DNA of 64,000 nucleotides from Podospora anserina (Eukaryota): NCBI GenBank assembly GCA_017654855.1, contig CM030332.1, positions 248,001 to 312,000 of the forward strand, read 5' to 3'. Shown piece by piece: positions 27,515 to 37,895 of this stretch (position 1 is its first letter; each line of letters starts with the position of its first letter). The notes under the pieces were generated by a model. It saw only the letters and a program-made list of their open reading frames with translations, ran no database searches and was not told where the DNA came from. The position numbers and the translations under genes were made by a program.

Positions 27515-29472
27515 CTATTTCCTATAATAAATCTTTGGTGGAACGTTAGTTGACCAAACAATGTGAGCGCACAATAGCGGTTCCTTCTGACATACCTTCT
27601 TGAACTGAAAGTGGAGCTGAAGAATGCCCTTGTCAACAAACCAGAGATGTCAGCATCGCGCTCGTAACACAGAGGAGGACGCATAAGGGAGATCAAAATG
27701 AAGCCTGGGCGAATTGGCTAGGGGAGGCTGACTATGACCGAGGGCGTGTCTAACGTCAACTGCTGTTGCGCGGCGCACATTTGCCTTCCTAGGCAGATGA
27801 TTACCCAGTTGGGCCGTCGAGACCTGGGTCGCGCCTTACACCACACCACCACCACAAGCGGCACAGCATAGCGTTCCCCTGCCAAGCAGCGCCATAATGT
27901 GTTGCACAGGTCACAGACATATGTACATACCTTGTCAAAGCTGCTCTTGAAGCCACGCTCCTTCTTGGCGCTGTAGTCCCATTCGCGGTCGACGATGCGG
28001 AAGGCGATATCCTCGTAGGGCGGGCCGGCGATGAAACGAATGAGACAGGTGTCTTCGGACCCTGCGGGGGCTAGAGACTCTCCCTTTCTACGGCCGTGTT
28101 CCCGGATGATCTTGAATGTCGGTGCTTTGGTCTTGTCGATGAGGTCGGGGTAGAAGATGTTGAACTTGTAGCCCTGAACCACCTTGGGAGGGGGGTGGTC
28201 GTGGTCGTAGTGTGTCTGGTTGTACTTGTTCCACTCGTATCCCATCTGCACGCGGTTGAAGTAGCGCGGCTTTCGCGGCCGATACTTGTCCGCCCAGAGA
28301 GGCTTCGAGATTCCTGGCACCTCTTCCTCTGCCGTGAAGATCTCCTCGCCCTCGCTGATCCCCTTTGCAACCTCGCGGTCATACAAGGCCTTGGTCGCCT
28401 GAGAGAAGTCTTCGGTGCCGACAACAGCGAAGCGAGCAGTTCCCGGGGGTGGAGCACTGGATGAACCGGCACTGGCGCTGGCACTGGCACTGGCACTGGC
28501 ACTGGCCATCACAGCTGCCGATGGTCTGGATGCCGGCTTAGAGGAAGAACCGGCCGATCCCAACGCCGGCGCCGCCCCGGCGTAGCCATCGGAAGCCTCT
28601 AATTCCCTGGCCTTTTCCAGGTCACGGGTCTTGAGCAAGCCGACCCGGGCCGCCTTGATTTCTTCGCATATGCTCTTGAGAGTAGCCTTGGCCTTGTAAA
28701 CCAAGAGACTCTTGAGGAGCTGTTCCCAATAGTCCGTGTCGATGGGCTCGTTGGACTGCAGCTTGGCCCTGATCTGCTTCTCGAGCGCCTCCAGCTGGGC
28801 CAGCGGCTTGGGACCTAGGATTCGGTCCACATCCGACGCCACCGAGGTCACAGCTCTTCCCTCGGGACCCTGTGGCTTCAGTTTCTGACGGCGGTCGGCG
28901 CACAGGGCGAGCAGCGCTGTCCAGTATTCCTTGTTCTTCTTGTTGCACTCGAGAGTGTGGTAGGACCTGATGTCTTCGTCGAGCTCCCTGAGCTGCGCCT
29001 CACCAAGACTTTCGAGGACGGCTTCGGGACCGAGAATGCTGATTTCGGCATCGGCATCATGGTCGTCAAAGATATCGCGGTCCGTGTCGATGAAGCGGAG
29101 GTTGAAGGCGAGATGGTCGATGGGTTTGGCTCGGTGCTCCCGGACGCGGATGTCGGCCTTCTTCTTTGCCTGGCTGAGGACGAACTTGTCCTCGTCTGCT
29201 ACGAACTGCTCGGACTGCTGGTCTTGGGTCAGGTACCGTCCAGAAGCAGCAGCAGCAGCAGCAGCACTGTTTGCCCCGGTGCTCTTGGAAGGCGGCGGGC
29301 GGTGTGTTTTGGAAATACGGTTGGACGAGTCGAATCGAGGACCCGTGATGTCTCTGTCCCTCTCTCTGTCCCCGTCTCTTCCTCCTCCCGCTACTCTTCG
29401 GTCTCTGGCGTCCCTGTCGCCCTGAAGTGGCGACTTCCAGCCGTTGATCATTGCTTGTCTCCCGGGATCCAT
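27515..29472 (-). CDS. Cactin (spliceosome-associated splicing factor)
   Basis: KYRPRKPRYFNRVQMGYEWNKYNQTHYD..PPPKVVQGYKFNIFYPDLID and AGPPYEDIAFRIVDREW. Introns 27629-27930 and 27533-27595 give the expected end GILQLHFQFKKIYYRK*. Confidence 0.95.
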
Positions 29473-30299
29473 GTTTGTCGGGCCGCCGCGGTGTGTGGTG
29501 GTGCAGGTTGTCGATGTTTCTTTTTTTGTCAAATAACGTGCTTGTATGGTCCCTGGCCGCCGGTAGCTGCTGTGATACCAGTGGAAAATGAATGGAATGT
29601 CGTCGTGCTACACACAGTCTTGGGTTCTGGGGATCGCCGACCTGAGCCGGGCGCTGTTGAAAAGAAAAAGGGCAGAGATGGATGGATGGGAAAGTTGGAA
29701 GTCAGGAGGAGGCTGCAGCTGGCTTGCGGCACTGCGACAAGTGAAACCTTGCTTGCAGACTGGCTGCCAAGACACTATCGTCAGCTCGCCTTGCCCTGGA
29801 GCCCTGTAGTCCAGGTAGGTGTTATCGATAAGCCCTGCCCTGTTGCTGCTGTTCAGCTGTCTCAGCTGCTGTTGTGCTGGGGCATAGCTGCCGTGGGGGG
29901 GTGGGTAATTTGACAGCAGATGCCGGAGCTTTGCCGGCGTCCCTCGTTGTCAATTGTGCCTTTGTGCTGCGTTCCATCTGCAGCAGTCACAGTTGAAGCT
30001 GTCGCAAGCAACACCTCTCAGACGGAACGGGGGCATCACCAACGAAACTGGACGCGCCAACGCCGGGCTCAGGCACAGCACACAGCATCTTCCATACCGT
30101 TGTTATCGATATCTAGCGCGTCTTATCAGCTCTCCACCAGTGCCTATCCCGAATACCTCCCTACCCACCTACCGTAGCTACGTTAGCTACCTGAACTGCC
30201 CTGTCCTCCCTCGAATGCGATTCTATACTCGAGAACATATACATCTCCCGTGATCCCATAACCATGCCACCGTGAATCGAGGAAAAGCCCCCCATTGCC

Positions 30300-33200
30300 A
30301 TGTACCACAACCAGGGCAAAATCATGCGCAAGCTACTCAGCAAACATGCGACAGACTCGCGCGAGTCCACGGCCTCGGCGACTGTCACCAGCTCTCCCTC
30401 CAATAACTACCGACCAATCGCCCCCCAAAATGTCAGCTACAACACGGGTGCACCCCTGTCCTGCCTGGACCAGTCGCCTGACGGGAGAAGCGCTGTCCTG
30501 GCCAGCCACCATGTGCTGAAGCTGATCAAGCTCGACGGTGGACTTCGGGTACAAGAGGAAGTCGACTTGCGCGCAATCCTGACCTCGCAGCCTGCGCACC
30601 GTAACAATGTCCCTACTGGTGCCGTGGCCGACCAGTTGTCTATCCAGGATGTTAAGTGGGGGAGTGTTATCAACAGGGAGGTCCTCTTCACGGCCTGCAC
30701 CAGCGGCATCATCTTTCAGTACGATGTGAACCGGGCCAAGGCTACTAGGGTCGGCGCGCCTCTTGAATTCATCCAGATGCGGGAGGACTCTCGCCAGGTC
30801 AACTCTCTCGACTTGAATCCCCATCACTCTTCATGGCTCTTGTCTGGAAGTCAGGACGGTCTGTTGCGGTGCTTCGATGTGCGCACGCCTGTTAACACCA
30901 GGACGTGGCCAACATACCGTGCTCTCCAGTCCTTCAAGTCACACGCGGATGGTGTCAGGCATGTCCAGTGGTCGCCCAAGGACGGCTTCCTATTTGCCTG
31001 CGGGACAGAGCAAGGGATGGTGCTGAAGTGGGACATGCGGAAACCAAGCTCCCCTATTCTGAGGATCAATGCCCACGAAAAGGCCTGTACTTCGATTGCA
31101 TGGCACCAGGATGGCACCCATCTTGTCAGTGCTGGGCTGGACAGCAAGTGCAACATCTGGGACATGTCCAAGACGGATAAGAGACAGAAGCCAAAGTATG
31201 TTATATCAACACCTGCCCCCGTTGGCTCACTGGCATGGCGGCCTGGCCAATGGTCAGCAACAGCACAGGGCAAGCGGGCCTCGCAGCTCGCAGTGTCCTA
31301 CGATGAAAGCGGCATGAAGCGGTTTGGCATGAATTCAGTTCACATCTGGGACCTCGCTCGCCCTACCATGCCCTACAAAGAAATCCAGAGGTTCGACTAC
31401 GCACCCAACTCCATTCTCTGGCACGACCAATACCTCCTCTGGACCGCTGGCCGTGACGGCTTCCACCAGTGTGACGTCTCCTTTGCGCCCAAGGTCATGG
31501 ACCGCCAAACAATGTCGGCCTTTGCCTTTTCCTCACAAGGCGAGGTCGCCATGTGCTTGGACGAGCGACCTATGCCCACCCGCCCCCGACCCAACATTGT
31601 TCACCATGACAATGCTTCCACTCACGGAACACCATCTTACAGCTCGAGCCCCACTACTCCAAGATTCAGCGTCAGTCGCAGTGATTCCGAGGATGACGCT
31701 GTTGGCAGCTTCTTGGGCCCCAGGCAGCCAGGCAACGGCAGCCGCAAACGCAGAGCGAGCATGCGATCTGCGAATACCCTCAGCACCACACCACCTGTTG
31801 GGCCTGCCATGGGCGAGACACTGTCACTGGAAGACACGATCAAAGTGACGGGTACATACCAGCCAAATCAAGCCATGGCCATCGGCACATATCTGGGCCC
31901 TACCAATGCTGAGGTAGATGTCTATCTCAGCCTCAACTACCTCCAGGCCATCCATCTAGAGCTACCTTACAAACCCGGTGGGCCGCCTTTGCCAGAGCGG
32001 ATGACGACCATCTTGGACCACTTTGCCAAAGCTGCTGCAAGAGTTAGGCTTTCAAGACTGTCACACACCTGGATGAACCTCCTCTTCCTGATCAAGCTTC
32101 TCCTCGAGCGTCGCGCACAGTACCACCTCGAGTTTCGGATGGACAAGTACCAAAACTCAACCATCAAAAAGAAAGATGCGGCTAGACATCGGTCACTGGG
32201 CCAGCTCCGTGCCGAACCACCCAGCTTTGGGATCGGCGGGGAAGCAAGCGCACGGAAGATGGCCTCTCTGGCAAGTTTCGACCGGGTCCTTCATCCACGA
32301 TCACTTTTATCTGAAGAGCTCGAAAGCACCTCCAATCAACCTACCCCGCTGGCTCGCCCGGTTCCCGATACACAAGTTATCCAGATTGATGACAATGGGC
32401 GCAAGAAGCTCACACCCATCATCGAACCAGAGAGCTTCACGCTGCCTCCGGCGGCCCATTCTCGCACCCTCGAGCCCAGGTCCCGACTAGATTCAGTGCC
32501 CCTGTCGGTCACCAGTCATGACAGTGAGGCCACCAATGCCAGCACCGAGGGCTACGACTTTTATGACGCCGAGGCCCTCAGTAAGGCCATTGACGTGCCC
32601 ACGAGACCCAAGCTGACCAAAGTCATAGACTTTCGAGAGCCCGGCTCGCCCAGCCGTGTTCGAAAGCCGCCCGTTTTGCGACATGATTCGGATGATAGTT
32701 TCACCCGACTCTTTTCCGTCTCGGACGAAAGCAGGGAGGCGACTGGCGTTGTCCGGACCTCGGACAGCGACACTCCGTCGCAGGTCATGAGGGAGGCCAT
32801 TGTGGCCGCCATTCGGCGCGACCAGCCAAGTGCCAGCGGAAGCGGAAGCGAAGACGGCGAATACGAAAGCCGCATCCGTGGCAAACAGATCGCTGCCGGA
32901 AGCTCGCCTGGCCGTCATCTAGAGCGGCAATTGCTTCAGCGTACCGAGACTGACATGACATCGTACACTGCCTTTACCGATGAGCACCACGCCATCACCC
33001 AGACCACCACCGACAGCTTCGAGTCGCGCTTCCCGTCACAGACAACGGATAGCGGCTTTGGCATGGACTCTCCAGTCCGACAGAGCGGTATTGAGTCTCC
33101 TGGGCAGCCACAGGGGCTGCTGTCTGTCGAGGCTGACTGGTCCCCCGAAGATGATTTGTCCCCCCATATTGTAGAGACGGATTACCTCCACTGGCCCGGC

Positions 33201-34436
33201 GACCCAAGCTACCCGCACTTGCTCTGGTCCTCAAATGGATCATTTGGGACTGGTGAAACCCTAATCCAACCCGAGCAGCAGATTGCAGCCACGCTGGCCT
33301 ACGAAGTTCGCAAGACAGCCCGTGACGCGGCCGCCATCATCCTGTTGTTCAAGCCCCTACTTGCGCCTGATGTCCTTGACTCTTTTCAAGCGGCAGCTAT
33401 CCTCAAGCAACACCACCAGCGTCTGATGAAGCTCCAGGCTTTTACCGAGGCGGCTCTCATGCGCAAAATGTGTATGAAGGGATGGCCTGGAGGGGTGCTG
33501 TCCAACTGGGGCGAGAACCACCCGAATGTCATTAGCCCGGCTCAACGAGGTGTCCAGGTTGGCCTCCTTTGTTCCAGCTGCCGGAAGCCGAGAGAGATTG
33601 ACCGATCCGAGGGGTCAAATGAGACCATCTGGATGTGTGAACGTTGTAAGGCCAGCATGGCCCCTTGTGCTGTCTGTCAACAGCGTGATATCGCTCCCAC
33701 GCCCGGCTCGCGGGGCAATATGAAGGAAGGTGATGAGGAGGAGCCGGTGTTGGCTACCTGGTGGATTTGTCCTGGCTGCGGTCACGGTGGACATTCTAGC
33801 TGCCTCCAGCTTTGGCATGAAGGGTTTGAGAACGAATGCAGTTCCACCGACCCGGATATTCTTGCCGGGTTCCAGAGTGATGGTTATTGTCCCATGGATG
33901 GGTGTGGACACACATGTCTGCCCGGAAAGGGAAGGCTCGAGACAGCTGCGGCCAGGACAGAAGAGGTTGGTCGGGCGGCAGCGAGGGAGGCAACGCGCAA
34001 TGCAACCAGCATGAAGGCGTCTGCAGACACGGAGAGCATAGTGGGCGGTCTCCAAGGCCACCATCATCCTCACCCACCTCACCAGTACCGCACCACGGGA
34101 AGCGGCAAGATCTTGGATGACCAGCACCACCAGTACCCTCACTATCCTTCCCACGGGGTCAATATTTCGAATGATGAGCACAGCGTACCCCAAAGCAGGG
34201 CGGTAGAGAGCGTTAGGGAGTCTCTGGCCAGCATGGGCATCTCTTCTCATTCTCATGGCGGCAGCAGCAGCACAAGACACAGCACGCCAGGAGCCAGCAT
34301 CTTGAGCTCGAGCCCGGGCAGCAGGTCGGCAATGATGGCTGCTGCTGATAGGGCGAGTGGCGGTCACGGTGGTGGGGATGGCAGGGAGCGGAGGAAGAGC
34401 GTCAAGTTTGTTGCGCAGGAGGATACCAAGCATTGA
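30300..34436 (+). CDS. RTC1: RTC1/SEA2/WDR24-like WD40 + RING protein (SEA/GATOR2 complex)
   Basis: 1378-aa intronless ORF. N-terminal WD40 repeats (LLSGSQDG...FDVR, VQWSP, WDMRK, VHIWDLARPTMPY); C-terminal Zn-binding CxxC and C-x2-C...C-GHGGH..C...CP..GCGH.C. Confidence 0.88.
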   Translation: MYHNQGKIMRKLLSKHATDSRESTASATVTSSPSNNYRPIAPQNVSYNTGAPLSCLDQSPDGRSAVLASHHVLKLIKLDGGLRVQEEVDLRAILTSQPAHRNNVPTGAVADQLSIQDVKWGSVINREVLFTACTSGIIFQYDVNRAKATRVGAPLEFIQMREDSRQVNSLDLNPHHSSWLLSGSQDGLLRCFDVRTPVNTRTWPTYRALQSFKSHADGVRHVQWSPKDGFLFACGTEQGMVLKWDMRKPSSPILRINAHEKACTSIAWHQDGTHLVSAGLDSKCNIWDMSKTDKRQKPKYVISTPAPVGSLAWRPGQWSATAQGKRASQLAVSYDESGMKRFGMNSVHIWDLARPTMPYKEIQRFDYAPNSILWHDQYLLWTAGRDGFHQCDVSFAPKVMDRQTMSAFAFSSQGEVAMCLDERPMPTRPRPNIVHHDNASTHGTPSYSSSPTTPRFSVSRSDSEDDAVGSFLGPRQPGNGSRKRRASMRSANTLSTTPPVGPAMGETLSLEDTIKVTGTYQPNQAMAIGTYLGPTNAEVDVYLSLNYLQAIHLELPYKPGGPPLPERMTTILDHFAKAAARVRLSRLSHTWMNLLFLIKLLLERRAQYHLEFRMDKYQNSTIKKKDAARHRSLGQLRAEPPSFGIGGEASARKMASLASFDRVLHPRSLLSEELESTSNQPTPLARPVPDTQVIQIDDNGRKKLTPIIEPESFTLPPAAHSRTLEPRSRLDSVPLSVTSHDSEATNASTEGYDFYDAEALSKAIDVPTRPKLTKVIDFREPGSPSRVRKPPVLRHDSDDSFTRLFSVSDESREATGVVRTSDSDTPSQVMREAIVAAIRRDQPSASGSGSEDGEYESRIRGKQIAAGSSPGRHLERQLLQRTETDMTSYTAFTDEHHAITQTTTDSFESRFPSQTTDSGFGMDSPVRQSGIESPGQPQGLLSVEADWSPEDDLSPHIVETDYLHWPGDPSYPHLLWSSNGSFGTGETLIQPEQQIAATLAYEVRKTARDAAAIILLFKPLLAPDVLDSFQAAAILKQHHQRLMKLQAFTEAALMRKMCMKGWPGGVLSNWGENHPNVISPAQRGVQVGLLCSSCRKPREIDRSEGSNETIWMCERCKASMAPCAVCQQRDIAPTPGSRGNMKEGDEEEPVLATWWICPGCGHGGHSSCLQLWHEGFENECSSTDPDILAGFQSDGYCPMDGCGHTCLPGKGRLETAAARTEEVGRAAAREATRNATSMKASADTESIVGGLQGHHHPHPPHQYRTTGSGKILDDQHHQYPHYPSHGVNISNDEHSVPQSRAVESVRESLASMGISSHSHGGSSSTRHSTPGASILSSSPGSRSAMMAAADRASGGHGGGDGRERRKSVKFVAQEDTKH

Positions 34437-35076
34437 TGATTATCAGGATGATATCAGGAGTTATTTGCGTGGCTTGTGACTTGATTGGTGGTTTTGGGAG
34501 GATTAGGAGGGGTTGTGTCACTTTGAGATTTCCATCAGGGGAGATAACAGAGTGTGGCTTTTGTCGTCAGAAGAACTTTTGTATGTACTGTACTGTATAT
34601 AGGCGACCTGTAAGATACCATCAACCATCAAATCACAGCTGCAGGTTGGCTTCTTTGCTTCGGCTCTTCCTTCCGGGTTACCTGGCAGCACACCCTCTTG
34701 TGACTTGAAGCTTCCGTGCCAAGCCAATACCCATGACGACAGACCTCGCCTTGACATGCACGATCGGCACATTTTGCAGCAGAATGGGGGGGTTTGAGTA
34801 ATTCAGCATTGACATGGCTGAGGTGTTGGTGCTCCGGTTACATTGTTCTTGATATCATGCTCGGGATTATCCTTAAAGGGGATAAGAAGGCGGCTTGTGT
34901 AACCTTGGAGTGGGCTTCGCCAAGGGGGGGAGGGTACAAATAATGGAATTTGGGGTTATGCCTGAGGGTAGTGTTGCTGTAGATGAAATGGGTATAAGAG
35001 GCCTTGTTTCTCACTGATCATGGCCTTCTTCCGGGGTGTCTTCAGACAAGCATACCTCAGTCGATACACAGTCACC

Positions 35077-36400
35077 ATGTCAGGCATTCCAGTCTTTTTG
35101 TATGTCATTCCCTGCCCTCTGACCAGCGTTGTCTGACATGTTGTAGCATTGGTGCCTCGGGGCACATTGGTGCTGCTGTTCTCCAGGCCCTACATGCTGC
35201 TCACCCTGAGCTGCCGATCCGGGCTCTTGTCCGTCAGCAGGAAGATGTGGACCACCTAGACTCCCTTTACCAGGGCTCTGTCGCGTCCGTCCTGGGGACT
35301 CTTGAGGACGTAGGAATCGTCGCTGAAGAGGCCGCAAGGGCCCAGCTTGTTATCAGTATGCTTTTACTCCTTTACCACATTTCCATAAGACCACAATACC
35401 CCTTTAACACAATACCACATTACCACATTACCACATTACCACATTACCACATCACCACATCACCACATTACCACATTACCACATTCCCCTCCCTCTTTTT
35501 CTCCATCTCCCTCTGTCATTCCAAACAGGCAGCTAACAAACACCCCCAGATTGCGCCCCCGACTTCGCCCTCCCCTTACCCACCCTCCTCCCCTCCCTAT
35601 CATCCAACCCCCACCCCCAAACCTTCCTCCTCCAAACCTCGGGCGCAGCCCGCATCTGGCCTCCGCCCTCAGGCCTAACCCCCCACCCCAAGATCTGGTC
35701 CGACCTCACCGACCTCTCCTCCCTCCCCACCGACACCACCCACGCCGCCCAGGACATCACCGTCTCGACCTTTCCCGGCATCAACACCGCCATCATCTCC
35801 CCTACTTTTGTCATTGGGAAATCCCCCAGTGTGAGACACAAGCATCCGATTATCTTTCCCGACCTGATGCAAGTCACTCGTCAACAAGGGCAGGCGTTTG
35901 TTGTCGAACAAGGAAAAAACCTCACCACATTTGTTGACACGGAGGAGCTGGCCGGGCTGTATGTTTTGCTCGTTGGGGATGCCCTGCGCTGTATCAGAGG
36001 AGAAAAACAGGTGGATGAGAATATCTGGGGAGAAAAGGGGTATTTCTTCGCGGGGGGGTGGGAGGTGAGCATGAGGGAGTTTATCGTTGATTGGTTGCTT
36101 CCTGTTTTGGAGGGGAATGAAACGAGCAAAACGTGGTTGAGGAATCAGGAGGGGAAAGGGGTCAAGGAGTTGGGGTTGGGGGAGGTGGTGGGGAGTATAC
36201 TGGGGCGGTTTGAAGGCCAGGAGGGGGAGGCGTGGAGTAGGCATATTGCTGAGGGGTTTGGGACGAGCATGAGGATTAGGGGGGATAGGGGGAAACGGTA
36301 CCTTGGGTGGGAACCGACGGGGAGGGTCAAGTTGGGGGAGGCGGTGGAGGCGGTGGTGAGGTATTTTGAGGAGAGGGAGAAGTCAATTACTGAGTTGTAG
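35077..36400 (+). CDS. NAD(P)-binding Rossmann-fold protein (NmrA / epimerase-like)
   Basis: Spliced MSGIPVFFIGASGHIGAAV (GxxGxxG), IRALVR, TFVDTEELAGLYVLL, RYLGWEP; two introns (~35100-35146, ~35356-35549). Confidence 0.85.
35413..35484. repeat. 8-bp tandem repeat (T/C)ACCACAT x9 in intron 2 of the NAD(P)-binding gene
   Basis: Seven taccacat and two caccacat units in tandem. Confidence 0.9.
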
Positions 36401-36899
36401 AGGTAAGGTAACTAATGATATCTAAGCTGCTCTCTGGCGATACCTTCTGCTCTCTTGTTAGCAACCACATGTCCTGAAAGCGAGTGGGTAGAAATGAAAC
36501 TCGCCTCCTGACCTGTTTCTTAGTCACCACATGATGCTCCCTCCACAAAGCCTCGTTCGACCTCTCAAACTTTGGGACCACCGTCGTCTTTACCACGCCA
36601 CTTGCACCATCATCACCTGTCTCTTTCGCTCCCTTGACCCAGAGGTCCTTTTCAGTCGTCCCAGGAGACCCTGATAGCACGATATGAGTGACGTCGGGTA
36701 GCTGATCAGGGCAGTTGTGCTCGTTCTCGCACATGATGCAGGAGTCTTTGCAATCTTCCATGCAGGGGAGACGGCACTCGAGATGGTCTCCGCAGATAGG
36801 CTGACACCAGTCGATAACGTAATCGCGGGCGCACTGGCTCATCTGCGCGTGGGCGGCCAGGCCAGTGAGTGTGAGGAGGAGGGTGAACGAGAGTTGCAT
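36387..36899 (-). CDS. Small secreted cysteine-rich protein
   Basis: Signal peptide MQLSFTLLLTLTGLAAHA then 9 Cys in ~45 aa (C..WCQPIC...ECRLPCMEDCKDSCIMC...NC). A possible in-frame 66-nt intron lies near the 3' end. Confidence 0.7.
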   Translation of the reverse strand: MQLSFTLLLTLTGLAAHAQMSQCARDYVIDWCQPICGDHLECRLPCMEDCKDSCIMCENEHNCPDQLPDVTHIVLSGSPGTTEKDLWVKGAKETGDDGASGVVKTTVVPKFERSNEALWREHHVVTKKQVRRRVSFLPTRFQDMWLLTREQKVSPESSLDIISYLTSTTQ

Positions 36900-37267
36900 T
36901 ATGGATATGTGATGATGTTTTGTGGTGAGTGTTTTGTTTTGCAGACAAGCTGCCGTTGAAGGGTTGCGTAACATGACTAGCAGTTTCCCTTTCTTGCCCC
37001 TTCTTGCAAAATAATTATCTGGGGAGGAGGTGCTACCCTGGAAAGACATATGGCCGTGGCTCATGTTTGAGTTTGAACCGCACAATCTGGATTCACCCAT
37101 AAGATTGAATCAAGGATAATCACCTTTAAAAGATAGTTAACAGACCTTTAAAATAGTTAAGAGGCCTATTAAATCTACTTCCGCCGCTTCTGCCATCTTA
37201 ACACCAAAAAAGAAAACTCTTTCGACCACTTAGTGTCATAACTTCAATCACACACCACTCATACCCA

Positions 37268-37774
37268 CTAATTGTTGCAGTGAAGAAATCCATTATCGTT
37301 GTGGACATGGTCAGCTGAAGATTAGTTAGCAAAGAACATCAGACAAAGAGCTCCAATTCCACTTGCTCAAATAAACATTGGACGAAATCCAGCTGCCGTC
37401 TAGAGCTCGACAACGAACCCACATCACCGCAACCAAGCCATCAATTCTGAACCCGGGGTTTGACAGATCACACGAGTGCTGATATCCACCGCTACCGGAG
37501 CCGTACTAGATCAGCACCGAGACAAAAAGGAGGTGGACATGGCTCAATCTTACCCCTTTCGATATTTTAGGACCCCATTGGAGTTGACATAGCACTTGCC
37601 CAGGTCCAGGCTCCGAGCCGGGACCCATTCTCCACTGTGCAGTCTGCAGCTGCCGCACTGGAGAATATTCTTATCGTTTGACTTTAGGCCACAGTCTTTG
37701 CAGGAGTTGAGGAAAGTGGCTGTTGTTGTGGTTCCCATTGCAAGGAAAGACAGGGCGATGGTGAGGATGCGCAT
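37268..37774 (-). CDS. Secreted cyanovirin-N homolog (CVNH) lectin-like protein
   Basis: Signal peptide; two pseudo-repeats FLNSC..LQC..C...SLDLGKCYVNSNGVL and GGGYQHSC...VRC...SNVYLTDHVHNDNGFLHC. Introns 37492-37553 (GT-AG) and 37315-37366 (GC-AG). Confidence 0.8.
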
Positions 37775-37895
37775 TTTGAAGTGCAGATGGCAGACTGTTA
37801 AAGCCAAGGCTTGATAGTGGCGGGTAGGAGCGATCTAGTGAGGACAGTGTAAGAGGCAAAATGGGAAAGGGCATGGGACCAAAAGCCTTTTAATA

